A stretch of DNA of 64,000 nt from an uncultured Acidobacteriota bacterium (GTDB lineage: Bacteria; Acidobacteriota; Vicinamibacteria; Vicinamibacterales; CAVVIG01): positions 10,926 to 74,925 of the forward strand of contig CADEDC010000003.1 of the NCBI GenBank assembly GCA_902825985.1, in the 5' to 3' direction. This document shows, piece after piece, positions 54,265 to 63,419 of the stretch. Below the pieces are notes generated by a model. That model saw nothing but the letters and a program-made list of their open reading frames with translations. It searched no databases and had not been told where the DNA came from. Position 1 is the first letter of the stretch, and every line of letters begins with the position of its first letter. The position numbers and the translations under genes are program-made.

Positions 54265-55389
54265 ATGTTCAAGCGCATCACTCACCTGCGGCGGGACGAA
54301 CGAGGGATGTCGTTCGTCTTCATCGGCATGGGCTTCATGAGCTTCCTGGCGGCGTCGACGCTTGCCATCGACGTTGGCATGCTCATGACCGCACGGACCC
54401 AGGCGCAGACGTCGGCCGACGCCGGCGCGCTCGCCGGCGCAATCGCGCTGGCCTACAACAGCGCCACCAACCTGACGTCCAGCGGACCGGCCGTGCAGGG
54501 CGCCCTGAGCGCCGCCCGCAGCGACCTCGTCATGGGCCAACAGGTGGCGGTGGACGTCGGTGACGTCACCTTCCTGCCGGATCCGGCCACCGGTGCGATG
54601 ACCCGCGTGCAGGTCCAGGTGCACCGCAGCAGCGCCCGCGGCAACCCGGTGTCGACGATGATCGGCCAGTACTTCGGCGTCGCCAACGCCGACATCACGG
54701 CAACCGCGATTGCCGAGGCGATTCCCGCCAATGCCTCGACCTGCGTCAAGCCGTTTGCGATCCCCGACAAGTGGACCGAGAAGCAGACCGCACCGTGGGA
54801 CACGACCGACGCGTTCAACGCCGCGATCCTGCCGCCGACGTTCAGCCCCGACGTCTACAAGACGATCAACGACGCCGGCTACACCGGCTACAAGCGGACC
54901 AACGTCGGCCTGCAGCTGACGATTCAGCCCGGCACCGGCCAGATCGTCGCCAGCGAGTACTACGCGCTCGACCTCGGCGGCCCGTACCAGCAGGACATCG
55001 AGGAGTGCAGCGGCGGGCGCGTCACCATCGGTGACGTGGTCCCGGCCCGGGCATTCAACAACAGCAAGACCTTCGCCGGCGTGAGCACGCTCATCGCAGA
55101 GGACGCCGGCGCCTACTGGGACGGCACCGCCAACCGGGTGATCAGCAGCGTGAACCCGAGCCCGCGCATCGTCACGCTGCCGGTGTACGACCCGGCCGTG
55201 TACGAGGCCGGCATTGCGTCCGGCGGTGCACCGCAGCTGCGCATCGCCGACTTCATCGGGTTCTTCATCACCAACGTCGCCGCCAACGGCGCGATCACCG
55301 GCCGCATCGTCCCGGTCAGCGGGCTCGTGCAGGGGACGACGCCGGTCAACACGCAGGCCTTCCCCCGATCCGTGCGCCTCGTCGGCTGA
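54265..55389 (+). CDS. tadG: TadG-like (Tad_N / TadE-G-like) pilus assembly protein
   Basis: RGMSFVFIGMGFMSFLAASTLAIDVGMLMTARTQAQTSADAGALAGA is the Tad N-terminal domain. Confidence 0.75.
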   Translation: MFKRITHLRRDERGMSFVFIGMGFMSFLAASTLAIDVGMLMTARTQAQTSADAGALAGAIALAYNSATNLTSSGPAVQGALSAARSDLVMGQQVAVDVGDVTFLPDPATGAMTRVQVQVHRSSARGNPVSTMIGQYFGVANADITATAIAEAIPANASTCVKPFAIPDKWTEKQTAPWDTTDAFNAAILPPTFSPDVYKTINDAGYTGYKRTNVGLQLTIQPGTGQIVASEYYALDLGGPYQQDIEECSGGRVTIGDVVPARAFNNSKTFAGVSTLIAEDAGAYWDGTANRVISSVNPSPRIVTLPVYDPAVYEAGIASGGAPQLRIADFIGFFITNVAANGAITGRIVPVSGLVQGTTPVNTQAFPRSVRLVG

Positions 55390-55473
55390 CGCCAGGCGCA
55401 GACAACTCGCGACGGCGCCGCCACGACTGACGTGGCGGTCTCGTCCTTCCCCCTCGTTCGGCAACTACGCCCT

Positions 55474-58400
55474 ATGGAGATAATCGACGTGCGTACCACA
55501 GAGATTCCGTCGTCCGGTGCCGCCGCGCACCGAATCGGCCGACTGGCCCTGGCGTTCGGCGCCGTGGCGCTGCCTTTCGCTGCGTTGATGACGCAGCTCG
55601 ACGCGCAGGTGCCTGCCGGCCGGTCCTTCACTTCGCTCGCGCCGGGCTACACGCAGGAGCTGATCGCGACGGTCGACGTCGGCACCTTCCCGCAGAACCC
55701 GACGATCGCCCGCGTGCTCGGGGGCGTGGCCTTCGCACCAGACGGCGACGTCTGGGCCGCCGACTGCCTGTTCCAGGACACCCGCCTGCATCGCTTCGAT
55801 ATGCAGACGGTGCGCCCGCCCCTCCACGGCACCTCGTCGCTGCGCCAGGAGACCCTGACGGTTGCCACCCAGGGCGGCTGCGGTCTGACGAACCATCCCG
55901 ACGGCGCGTTGTATTCGAACTCGGTCCAGGGCCTCTGGCGCCTCGATGCCGAGACCGGCACGATGCTGGCCGGGCCGCTCGGCCAGCCGGGCAATGCGCT
56001 CGGCGTGACGGTGGATCCGGTCACCCATCACCTCGTCTATGCCGGCGTCGACTGCCACGATCAGCTGGTGCCGAGCGGTGCCACCTGCACTCTTTGGGAC
56101 CACGACCTGGCCACCGGGACCACGGTGCCGTTCGCGATGTTCCCGCGCGCCGAGGTGCCGTTCGTCGACGGCATCTACTTCGATCCGACCGGCGCCTTCC
56201 TCTTCGTCACCAACCGGGTCGAGCGGTTGGTGACCACCCTCGACGGCGACTACGAGCTGAATCAGCTGACGATTGTCAGCCGTCCGGCGGCACCGGTCAC
56301 CGCACCCGACACGAGCCAGATCGTCCGGCATCTGCCGATGCTGAGCGAGCCGGACGGCGTGGCGTTCCACAGCGTCGACCACTTCGTCGTGACCAACGAC
56401 GAAGCCGGCGGCACGATGACGCGCTTCGACTTTCCCGGCGGCGACTTCAGCCAGGCGCCGGCGACCTACAGCGAGCTGCAGCCGGTCGACGGCTTCGGCG
56501 ATCCCGACGGGCCGGCGATCCGTGTCTACGGCACCGCCTTCGCCGCCGGCGGGCATCGCGGCGACATGTCGCAGGTCGGCCCGGACGGCTGCGTCTACGT
56601 GACGCAAGGGCGCGACTTCTTTGCGTCCGCCCGCGGCACCCGGTACGACAACCTGACGGAAACCTCGGAGGACAGCATCGTCCGGATCTGCTCGACGACC
56701 CCTGGCGGCTTCGAGCCGCCGCCGGGTGTCGAGCGCGAGAGCGGCACCGGCAGCATCGCCGGCTCGGCCTATCTGGACACCAACGGCAACCACGCCATCG
56801 ACGCGACCGACGAGTACCTCGCCGGTGTGGAGGTCGCGCTGACGGGTGCCGCGTCGGGCACTGCGACGACGACCGGCGGCCCGGCACCCGCGTACACCTT
56901 CGCCGATCTCGCCGCCGGCTCGTACACGGTGGTCGCACCGGACACGTTCGACGGCTTCGCGCTGTCGGCGGCGACCGCCGCGACCCGGGCGGCCACCATC
57001 ACCGCCGCAGGTGAGGACATCACCGGCATCGACTTCCTCTATGAACCCGGCAGCCTGCAGGGATCGGTCTATCTGGACGACAACGACAGCGGCTCGATCG
57101 ACGCGGGCGACACCTTCCTGGCCGGCGTGTCGGTGACGCTGGCCGGGCCGCGGCCCGGCAGCTCGACGTCGAGCGGCGGTCCGGTTCCGGCGTTCTCCTT
57201 CCTGCAACTGCCGGCCGGCGGCTACACCGCCAGCGTGCCCGAGCTGTTCGCGGGCTACCGTGTCGCAGCGTCGCCGGCATTCCGCGAACTCGCGGCCGGG
57301 GCGGCGGTGACCGGTGTCGACTTCCTGTACGTTCGCGGCTCGCTGTCAGGCTATGCCTACGTCGACGCCAATGCGAATCACATGAAGGATGCGGGTGAAG
57401 CGCCGCTGGCCGGGGTCAGCATCCAGCTGGCCGGCCATCCGGCGGTGATGACGGCCGCCGACGGCAGCTATGCCTTCCGCGGTCTGGCGGCCGGGACGTT
57501 CAGCGTGAGCGCGCCGGCCGAGGCCGGCGGCTACGCGCTCGCCACTTCGAATCCCCTGTCGGTGGCAGTGCCGGCGGGCGGCGCGGTTCCCGACAACAAC
57601 TTCGGCTACGTGCCGGGCGGCGTCTCCGGTTTCGCCTACATCGACTACAACAAGAACGGCGCCAAGGACCCTGGTGAGCCGGGCATCAGCGGCGTCTCGA
57701 TCGCGCTGACCGGCGGTGGCACGGCCGTCACCAGCGCCACGGGTGCCTACGGGTTCTCCAACCTCGCCGCCGGGATGCAGACCGTCACCGCCCCGGCGAC
57801 CGTACCCGGCTTCGTGCTCTCGACCATGAATCCGCTGTCGCCGATCTTGCCGGCCGGCGGCTCGGTGCCGAACCTGAACTTCGGCTATCGCGACGTCACC
57901 GTTCCGGTCTGCGCCGTGTTCGGCAGCGCCAACCCGCCGTACATGACCTACCGCGACACCGGCAGCGGCATCGTCCGCCTCGACGTCACGAAGAACCTGA
58001 ACAGCAACTTCCTCGTGACCATCACGCCCGGACCGACCGCCTTCACCCCATCGACGGTGGCGAATCCGTCGGCCATGCCAACCGCGACGTTCGCCACCTA
58101 TGCGTCGCCGACGACGTCGCTGATCACGGTGACCGCCCAGCGTATCAACACGGCGGTCTCGGCGCAGCTGGTCGTCAAGGCGACCGACGCCTTCGGCAAC
58201 GTCGTGACCTGCGATCCGGTCGAGACGACGGTGACCAAGCTGCGACACGACCGCGGGGTCCAGACGTTCACCGATCTGCCGTTCGAGGAGCACTTCGTGA
58301 CCATCGAGAACGGCACGCCCGGACTGCGCGGCCTCGATGTCGTCGTCAACGGCACCGAGTTCCGGGTTCGCGGTCTGGAAGACGGTGAGGTCAAGCGGCT

Positions 58401-58506
58401 GAACGTCCGTCGCGCGATGCTGCCGGGCCTCAACAACACGATCACCCTGGTGCCCCGCGGCCGTCGCGGTGAAAGCGCGGACGTCACCATCAGCGAGCGG
58501 CAGTAG
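55474..58506 (+). CDS. large secreted protein (1,011 aa) with a beta-propeller-like N-domain, 4 SdrD-B/Cna-B-type repeats and an unknown C-domain, embedded in the tad operon
   Basis: Signal-like RIGRLALAFGAVALPFAALMTQLDAQ. The N-half has recurring blade-like segments, followed by four ~95-aa repeats (see repeat feature). The C-terminal ~200 aa are unassigned. Confidence 0.7.
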   Translation: MEIIDVRTTEIPSSGAAAHRIGRLALAFGAVALPFAALMTQLDAQVPAGRSFTSLAPGYTQELIATVDVGTFPQNPTIARVLGGVAFAPDGDVWAADCLFQDTRLHRFDMQTVRPPLHGTSSLRQETLTVATQGGCGLTNHPDGALYSNSVQGLWRLDAETGTMLAGPLGQPGNALGVTVDPVTHHLVYAGVDCHDQLVPSGATCTLWDHDLATGTTVPFAMFPRAEVPFVDGIYFDPTGAFLFVTNRVERLVTTLDGDYELNQLTIVSRPAAPVTAPDTSQIVRHLPMLSEPDGVAFHSVDHFVVTNDEAGGTMTRFDFPGGDFSQAPATYSELQPVDGFGDPDGPAIRVYGTAFAAGGHRGDMSQVGPDGCVYVTQGRDFFASARGTRYDNLTETSEDSIVRICSTTPGGFEPPPGVERESGTGSIAGSAYLDTNGNHAIDATDEYLAGVEVALTGAASGTATTTGGPAPAYTFADLAAGSYTVVAPDTFDGFALSAATAATRAATITAAGEDITGIDFLYEPGSLQGSVYLDDNDSGSIDAGDTFLAGVSVTLAGPRPGSSTSSGGPVPAFSFLQLPAGGYTASVPELFAGYRVAASPAFRELAAGAAVTGVDFLYVRGSLSGYAYVDANANHMKDAGEAPLAGVSIQLAGHPAVMTAADGSYAFRGLAAGTFSVSAPAEAGGYALATSNPLSVAVPAGGAVPDNNFGYVPGGVSGFAYIDYNKNGAKDPGEPGISGVSIALTGGGTAVTSATGAYGFSNLAAGMQTVTAPATVPGFVLSTMNPLSPILPAGGSVPNLNFGYRDVTVPVCAVFGSANPPYMTYRDTGSGIVRLDVTKNLNSNFLVTITPGPTAFTPSTVANPSAMPTATFATYASPTTSLITVTAQRINTAVSAQLVVKATDAFGNVVTCDPVETTVTKLRHDRGVQTFTDLPFEEHFVTIENGTPGLRGLDVVVNGTEFRVRGLEDGEVKRLNVRRAMLPGLNNTITLVPRGRRGESADVTISERQ
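56749..57894 (+). repeat. four tandem ~95-aa Ig-like (SdrD B-like / carboxypeptidase-regulatory-like) coding repeats
   Basis: Each unit follows the pattern GS(I/L)xGxxY(L/V/I)DxNxNxxxDxxExxLAGVxVxLxG...Yx Fxx LAAGxYTV...P...(F/L)(G/L)Y. The repeats were read from the translation. Confidence 0.8.
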
Positions 58507-59002
58507 GCGTGCTGGTGCGCTGATTTCAGACACGGTCCGGCGTCGGTGAAGTTCTTGCTCACTTCATCGACGTCGGAGCCGTCCGCGGTCCAGCGTTCCC
58601 CACGCTGTCGTGGCGGTGCACGGTTCGGCGGGAGTGCTCGCCGGCATCCGGTCCCGCGATTGGATGGTGCAATGACAGAACTGAGGGAGCGGACCGTGAC
58701 CTGGCAGACCCGGCGACCGCCGTCCTGCCGCCCGTGTCTCGAGTTGGCGCTTCCGAATTCGTCCGCGTCAGCAAGGGAGTTGCGTGTGATGGGCGCCTTC
58801 ATCGATACGAATCCACGAAGAATCATGCACGGACCGCGGAAGAAGTTCGTGTGGAGCCGCGCCGTCGCGACGGCGACGCCGCGGCGTGCGGCACCGGCGA
58901 GGCGGCCGGTGGCGTTCACCGTGTGCGGCAGCCAGGACCGGTGTGGTGCAGCGCTGACGCCGGGGGCCGGCGCTCCGCCCGCCAGATTGTAGGAGCAGGG
59001 CG

Positions 59003-60172
59003 ATGGCTCAGCTCGCGGCGCAGATTCAATCGCAAGACGAGGAGTTCCGGCGTCGCCTCGGACGCCTGCTCCGCTCCGGCCCGATCCCGACCAGCGTCGT
59101 CGACGAGATTCGCGAGGGCGCACCGGCGGATCTCGTCATCATCGACATCCGCTTCGAGGTGTCGTCGGCGATGGCGAACATCGAGCGGCTCAGGGCGACG
59201 TCGCCGAACGTCGGCATCTTCGCGATTGCCGCCGTCGCCGATCCCGATCTGATCCTGCAGTCGATGCGGGCCGGGGCCAACGAGTTCTTCACGTGGCCGC
59301 CCGCCGACGAGACGTTCCACGGCGCCGTCCGCCGGTTGACCGCCCGCCGCGAGACGACGCAGGGGGCCAAGCCGACGTCGACGACGTTCGTGTTCTTCGG
59401 CGCCAAGGGCGGCGCCGGAACGACGACGGTGGCGGTCAACTGCGGCGTCGAGGTGGCGCGGCTGACGAAACGGTCGACGGTGATCCTCGATCTGAAGCCC
59501 GGCCTCGGCGAGGTCGGGCTGTTCCTCGGCGTCCGCCCGCGTTACACCATCGTCGACGCGCTGGACAATCTGCACCGCCTGGATCGGGAGTTCCTCCGCG
59601 AGCTGGTGACGAAGCACAAGTCGGGCCTCGAGATTCTCGCCGGCTCGGACAATTTCGACCGCCCGGGCGCCGCCGACAGCGGCGTGATCGAGGAGCTGTT
59701 CCGGCTGGTCTCGAAGCAGTACGACTACATGCTCATCGACGCCGGCAGCCAGATCAACTCGTGCGCGGTCGCGGCGCTCTACTCCGCCGACCGCATCTTC
59801 CTGATCGCCAACCCCGACGTGCCGTCGGTGCGCAACGCGCAGCGGCTGCTCGAGCGGATTCGCGAACTTGGGGCGAGCGGCGATCGGGTGCGCCTGCTGC
59901 TGAACCGCGCCGTCGAACCGCTGCCGGTGCCGCGCAAGCAGATCGAGAACGCGCTCGGGCATCCCGTGCACCACATGTTCCCGAGCGACTACAAGACGGT
60001 GTCGAACGCGCTCAACTCCGGCGTGCCGCTGACCATGGCCGGCAACTCGGACATGGCGGCGCAGTTCGACCATTTCACCCGGCAGCTGATCGATCCGTCG
60101 TTCACCGCGGCGCCGGCCGAGCCGGCCAAGAAGGGACTGCTCGGCTTCGAGAAGATTGCGTCTCTCTGGTAA
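59003..60172 (+). CDS. cpaE: CpaE/TadZ: atypical receiver domain + ParA/MinD-like ATPase
   Basis: Deviant Walker A FFGAKGGAGTTTVAVN and an N-terminal receiver-like DLVIIDIRF...ANEFFTWP. Confidence 0.88.
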   Translation: MAQLAAQIQSQDEEFRRRLGRLLRSGPIPTSVVDEIREGAPADLVIIDIRFEVSSAMANIERLRATSPNVGIFAIAAVADPDLILQSMRAGANEFFTWPPADETFHGAVRRLTARRETTQGAKPTSTTFVFFGAKGGAGTTTVAVNCGVEVARLTKRSTVILDLKPGLGEVGLFLGVRPRYTIVDALDNLHRLDREFLRELVTKHKSGLEILAGSDNFDRPGAADSGVIEELFRLVSKQYDYMLIDAGSQINSCAVAALYSADRIFLIANPDVPSVRNAQRLLERIRELGASGDRVRLLLNRAVEPLPVPRKQIENALGHPVHHMFPSDYKTVSNALNSGVPLTMAGNSDMAAQFDHFTRQLIDPSFTAAPAEPAKKGLLGFEKIASLW

Positions 60173-60178
60173 CCACCC

Positions 60179-61525
60179 ATGAGCACAGCCGCCGTCACAC
60201 CACTCGTTCGTCCCCAGCCGGCGCCGCCGGGCGGCCGCCCGCAGACGCCGCGCGCCCAGTACGTCGAGCTGAAGGCCAACGTCCATCGCCGCCTGCTGAA
60301 CCGCCTGAACCTCGAGGCGCTGGCGCAGGCCGACCGGGCGCGCGCCGAAAGCGAGATCCGGACGCTGGTCGGCGAACTGCTCGCCGAAGAGGGCGCCCCG
60401 CTCAGCCTCGGTGAGCGCGACCTGCTGTTCAGCGAGCTGGTCGACGAGGTCTTCGGCCTCGGACCGCTCGAGCCGCTGCTGCGCGACCCGTCGATCAGCG
60501 ACATCCTGGTCAACACCTACCAGCACGTCTTCGTCGAGCGCGGCGGCCGCCTCGAGCGGGTGGCGACGTCGTTCCAGGACGACCGCCATCTGTTGCGGGT
60601 CATCGATCGCATCGTCAGCGGCGTCGGTCGCCGGATCGACGACAGTTCGCCGATGGTCGACGCCCGGTTGCCCGACGGCTCGCGCGTCAACGCCATCGTG
60701 CCGCCACTGGCGGTGGACGGGCCGCTGCTCTCGATCCGGCGCTTCCCGGCCGAACGCCTCAAGGCGCAGGACCTCGTCACGCTGAAGGCGCTGACGCAAC
60801 CGATGCTCGACTTCCTGTCGCACTGCGTCCGCGCCCGCCTGAACGCCCTGATCAGCGGCGGCACCGGCGCCGGCAAGACGACGCTGCTGAACGTCCTGTC
60901 GAACTTCATCACCGAGCACGAGCGCATCGTCACCATCGAGGACGCCGCCGAACTGCAGCTGCAGCAGGAGCACGTGGCGCGGCTCGAGACGCGACCGCCG
61001 AACGTCGAAGGCAAGGGCGCCGTGAAGCAGCGGCAGCTCGTGATCAACGCCCTGCGCATGCGCCCCGACCGTATCGTCGTCGGCGAGGTGCGCGGCGAGG
61101 AGGCGCTCGACATGCTGCAGGCGATGAACACCGGCCATGACGGGTCGCTGACCACCGTCCACGCCAACACGCCGCGCGACGCCCTGTCGCGCATCGAGAC
61201 GATGATCGCGATGGGCGCGACGAACCTGCCCGAGCGCGCGATGCGCCAGCAGATCGCCTCGGCCATCCAGATCGTCGTCCAGCAGACGCGGCTGGCCGAC
61301 GGCACGCGCAAGGTGACCAGCATCTCCGAGATCACCGGCATGGAGGGCGACATCATCACCATGCAGGAGATCTTCACGTTCGACAAGCTCGGGATGACCC
61401 AGGACGGCAAGGTCGTCGGCCGGTTCCGCGCCACCGGCGTGCGCCCGAAGGTGTGCGAGCGGCTGAAGGCGGCCGGCATCCACCTGCCGGCCGACATGTT
61501 CGAGGGCGTCATGGAGGTGCGGTAG
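60179..61525 (+). CDS. cpaF: CpaF/TadA secretion ATPase
   Basis: ISDILVN, Walker [40 protein letters not shown] and [14 protein letters not shown]. Confidence 0.93.
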   Translation: MSTAAVTPLVRPQPAPPGGRPQTPRAQYVELKANVHRRLLNRLNLEALAQADRARAESEIRTLVGELLAEEGAPLSLGERDLLFSELVDEVFGLGPLEPLLRDPSISDILVNTYQHVFVERGGRLERVATSFQDDRHLLRVIDRIVSGVGRRIDDSSPMVDARLPDGSRVNAIVPPLAVDGPLLSIRRFPAERLKAQDLVTLKALTQPMLDFLSHCVRARLNALISGGTGAGKTTLLNVLSNFITEHERIVTIEDAAELQLQQEHVARLETRPPNVEGKGAVKQRQLVINALRMRPDRIVVGEVRGEEALDMLQAMNTGHDGSLTTVHANTPRDALSRIETMIAMGATNLPERAMRQQIASAIQIVVQQTRLADGTRKVTSISEITGMEGDIITMQEIFTFDKLGMTQDGKVVGRFRATGVRPKVCERLKAAGIHLPADMFEGVMEVR

Positions 61526-62491
61526 ATGACCGTCGTCCTGCTGATGTTCTGCGTCGGCGTCGGCCTCGTGGTCGGTGGCTACGCCGCAGTCATGTACCTG
61601 CCGGAGCGGTTCGAGCAGCGGCGCATCGATCGGCGGCTGCGCGACGTGTCGACGCCGGTCGCCGAGCTCGACCCCAATGGCTCGTCGCTGGTCATGAAGC
61701 CGACCGAAGGTCCGTTGCCGGGCGTCGACCGGCTGCTCGCGCGGACGTCGGCCGGCGGCGGCCTGGCCCGGCTCATCGCGCAGTCGGGCGTCAAGACGAC
61801 GCCCAGCGCGGTGGCGATCATGGCGCTGCTGCTCGGCCTGGCGGCCGGCCTGCTCACCGGCATGTTGACGAAGCCGGTCTTCGGCGTCGTCGCCGGCGTC
61901 GTCGCCGCCTTCCTGCCGCTCGCCGTCCTGATGCAGCGCCGCGGCGCCCGGATGCACCGGTTCGAGGAGCAGTTCCCGGAAGCCCTCGACCTGATGGCGC
62001 GGGCGCTGCGCGCCGGCCACGCCTTCCAGACGTCGCTCGGCATGGCCGCCGACGAGATGAAGGACCCGGTCGGTCCGGAGTTCAAGAAGACGTTCGAGCA
62101 GCAGAACTACGGTCTGCCGCTGCGCGACGCGCTGACGCAGATGTCGGAGCGCGTGCCGCTGCTCGACGTCCGCTTCTTCGTGACCGCGGTGCTGATCCAG
62201 CGCGAGACCGGCGGCAACCTGTCCGAGATCCTCGAGAACCTCGCGCATGTCGTCCGCGAGCGCTTCAAGATCCGGCGCCAGGTGCGGGTCTACACGGCGC
62301 ACGGCCGCTTCACCGCCGGCGTCCTCCTGTCGCTGCCGGCGGCGCTGGCGATTGCCCTCATGTTCATCAACCCGGAGCACATGCAGGTCCTGTTCAAGGA
62401 GCGCATGGGCCAGACGCTGCTGGTCACCGCCATCGTGATGCAGGCCATCGGGTTCGTCTGGATTCGCAACGTGATCAAGATCGAGGTCTGA
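61526..62491 (+). CDS. tadB: TadB (type II secretion system F-family platform protein)
   Basis: [22 protein letters not shown]...[19 protein letters not shown] is a T2SSF domain. The start abuts the cpaF stop. Confidence 0.88.
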   Translation: MTVVLLMFCVGVGLVVGGYAAVMYLPERFEQRRIDRRLRDVSTPVAELDPNGSSLVMKPTEGPLPGVDRLLARTSAGGGLARLIAQSGVKTTPSAVAIMALLLGLAAGLLTGMLTKPVFGVVAGVVAAFLPLAVLMQRRGARMHRFEEQFPEALDLMARALRAGHAFQTSLGMAADEMKDPVGPEFKKTFEQQNYGLPLRDALTQMSERVPLLDVRFFVTAVLIQRETGGNLSEILENLAHVVRERFKIRRQVRVYTAHGRFTAGVLLSLPAALAIALMFINPEHMQVLFKERMGQTLLVTAIVMQAIGFVWIRNVIKIEV

Positions 62492-62492
62492 G

Positions 62493-63401
62493 ATGACGAT
62501 CCTGCTCCCGCTTCTCGCGTTCATCTTCGCCTCGCTCGTCGTCGCGGCCGCGGCGCTGGCGCTGGCGCCGACCTCGGGCACGACCATCGAGCAGCGTCTC
62601 GGCGAGGTGATCGATCACCAGGGCCGGCCCGACGAGGAATCGCGGTTCGGCAAGGCGATGCTCGGCGCGTTCTTCCGGCTCGGGACGATGGCACCGCGCT
62701 CGGTGAAGGAGATGAGCAAGCTGCAGCAGCGGCTCATCCAGTCCGGCTATCGCGGCGGCGAGGCGCTGGTCGTCTTCTTCGGCATCCGCGTCGGCATGTC
62801 GCTGCTGTTCTTCGCGGTGTGCGCCTTCGGCCTGCTCGCCCGGCCGAACCTGGCGTTCGCGCTGGCGGCGGCCGGCCTCGGCTACGTCCTGCCGGGCATG
62901 GCGCTGGCCCGTCTGGCCAAGACCCGGCAGCACAAGATCCGGCTCGGCCTGCCCGACGCGCTCGACCTGCTGGTCGTCAGCGTCGAGGCCGGTCTCGGTC
63001 TCGATCAGGCGATTCAGCGCGTCGGCAACGAGCTCGCCTTCGCGCATCCCGAGCTGTGCGGCGAACTGCGCCTGATCAACCTCGAACTGCGGGCCGGCAA
63101 GGCCCGTTCCGAGGCGCTGCACAACCTCGCCGATCGCACCGGCGTCGACGACATCAGCTCGCTCGTCGGCATGCTCGTCCAGACCGACAAGTTCGGCACC
63201 AGCGTCGCGCAGTCGCTGCGGGTCCATTCCGACACCGTGCGGACCAAGCGGCGTCAGCGCGCCGAGGAGGCGGCGGCGAAGACCGGCGTGAAGATGGTGT
63301 TCCCGCTCGTCTTCTGCGTCTTCCCGGCCATCTGGGTCGTCACGATCGGCCCGGCGGCCATCAAGTTCATCCAGGTGGTCGGCCCGATGGCGAACAAGTA
63401 G
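62493..63401 (+). CDS. tadC: TadC (type II secretion system F-family platform protein)
   Basis: LPDALDLLVVSVEAGLGLDQAI...MLVQTDKFGTSVAQSLRVHSD...AAKTGVKMVFPLVFCVFPA. Confidence 0.88.
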   Translation: MTILLPLLAFIFASLVVAAAALALAPTSGTTIEQRLGEVIDHQGRPDEESRFGKAMLGAFFRLGTMAPRSVKEMSKLQQRLIQSGYRGGEALVVFFGIRVGMSLLFFAVCAFGLLARPNLAFALAAAGLGYVLPGMALARLAKTRQHKIRLGLPDALDLLVVSVEAGLGLDQAIQRVGNELAFAHPELCGELRLINLELRAGKARSEALHNLADRTGVDDISSLVGMLVQTDKFGTSVAQSLRVHSDTVRTKRRQRAEEAAAKTGVKMVFPLVFCVFPAIWVVTIGPAAIKFIQVVGPMANK

Positions 63402-63419
63402 AGGAAGCGAGCGACGATC

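Noticed and set aside
56749-57894. Periodic ~285-bp DNA repeats, considered as a possible CRISPR-like or mobile repeat array
   Set aside because: They are in-frame protein domain repeats with ~40-50% amino-acid identity. There are no unique spacers and no short palindromic repeats.
58916-62587. 1,223-aa minus-strand ORF
   Set aside because: It is antisense to cpaE, cpaF and tadB, all of which have textbook motifs on the plus strand. It is a compositionally biased shadow ORF.
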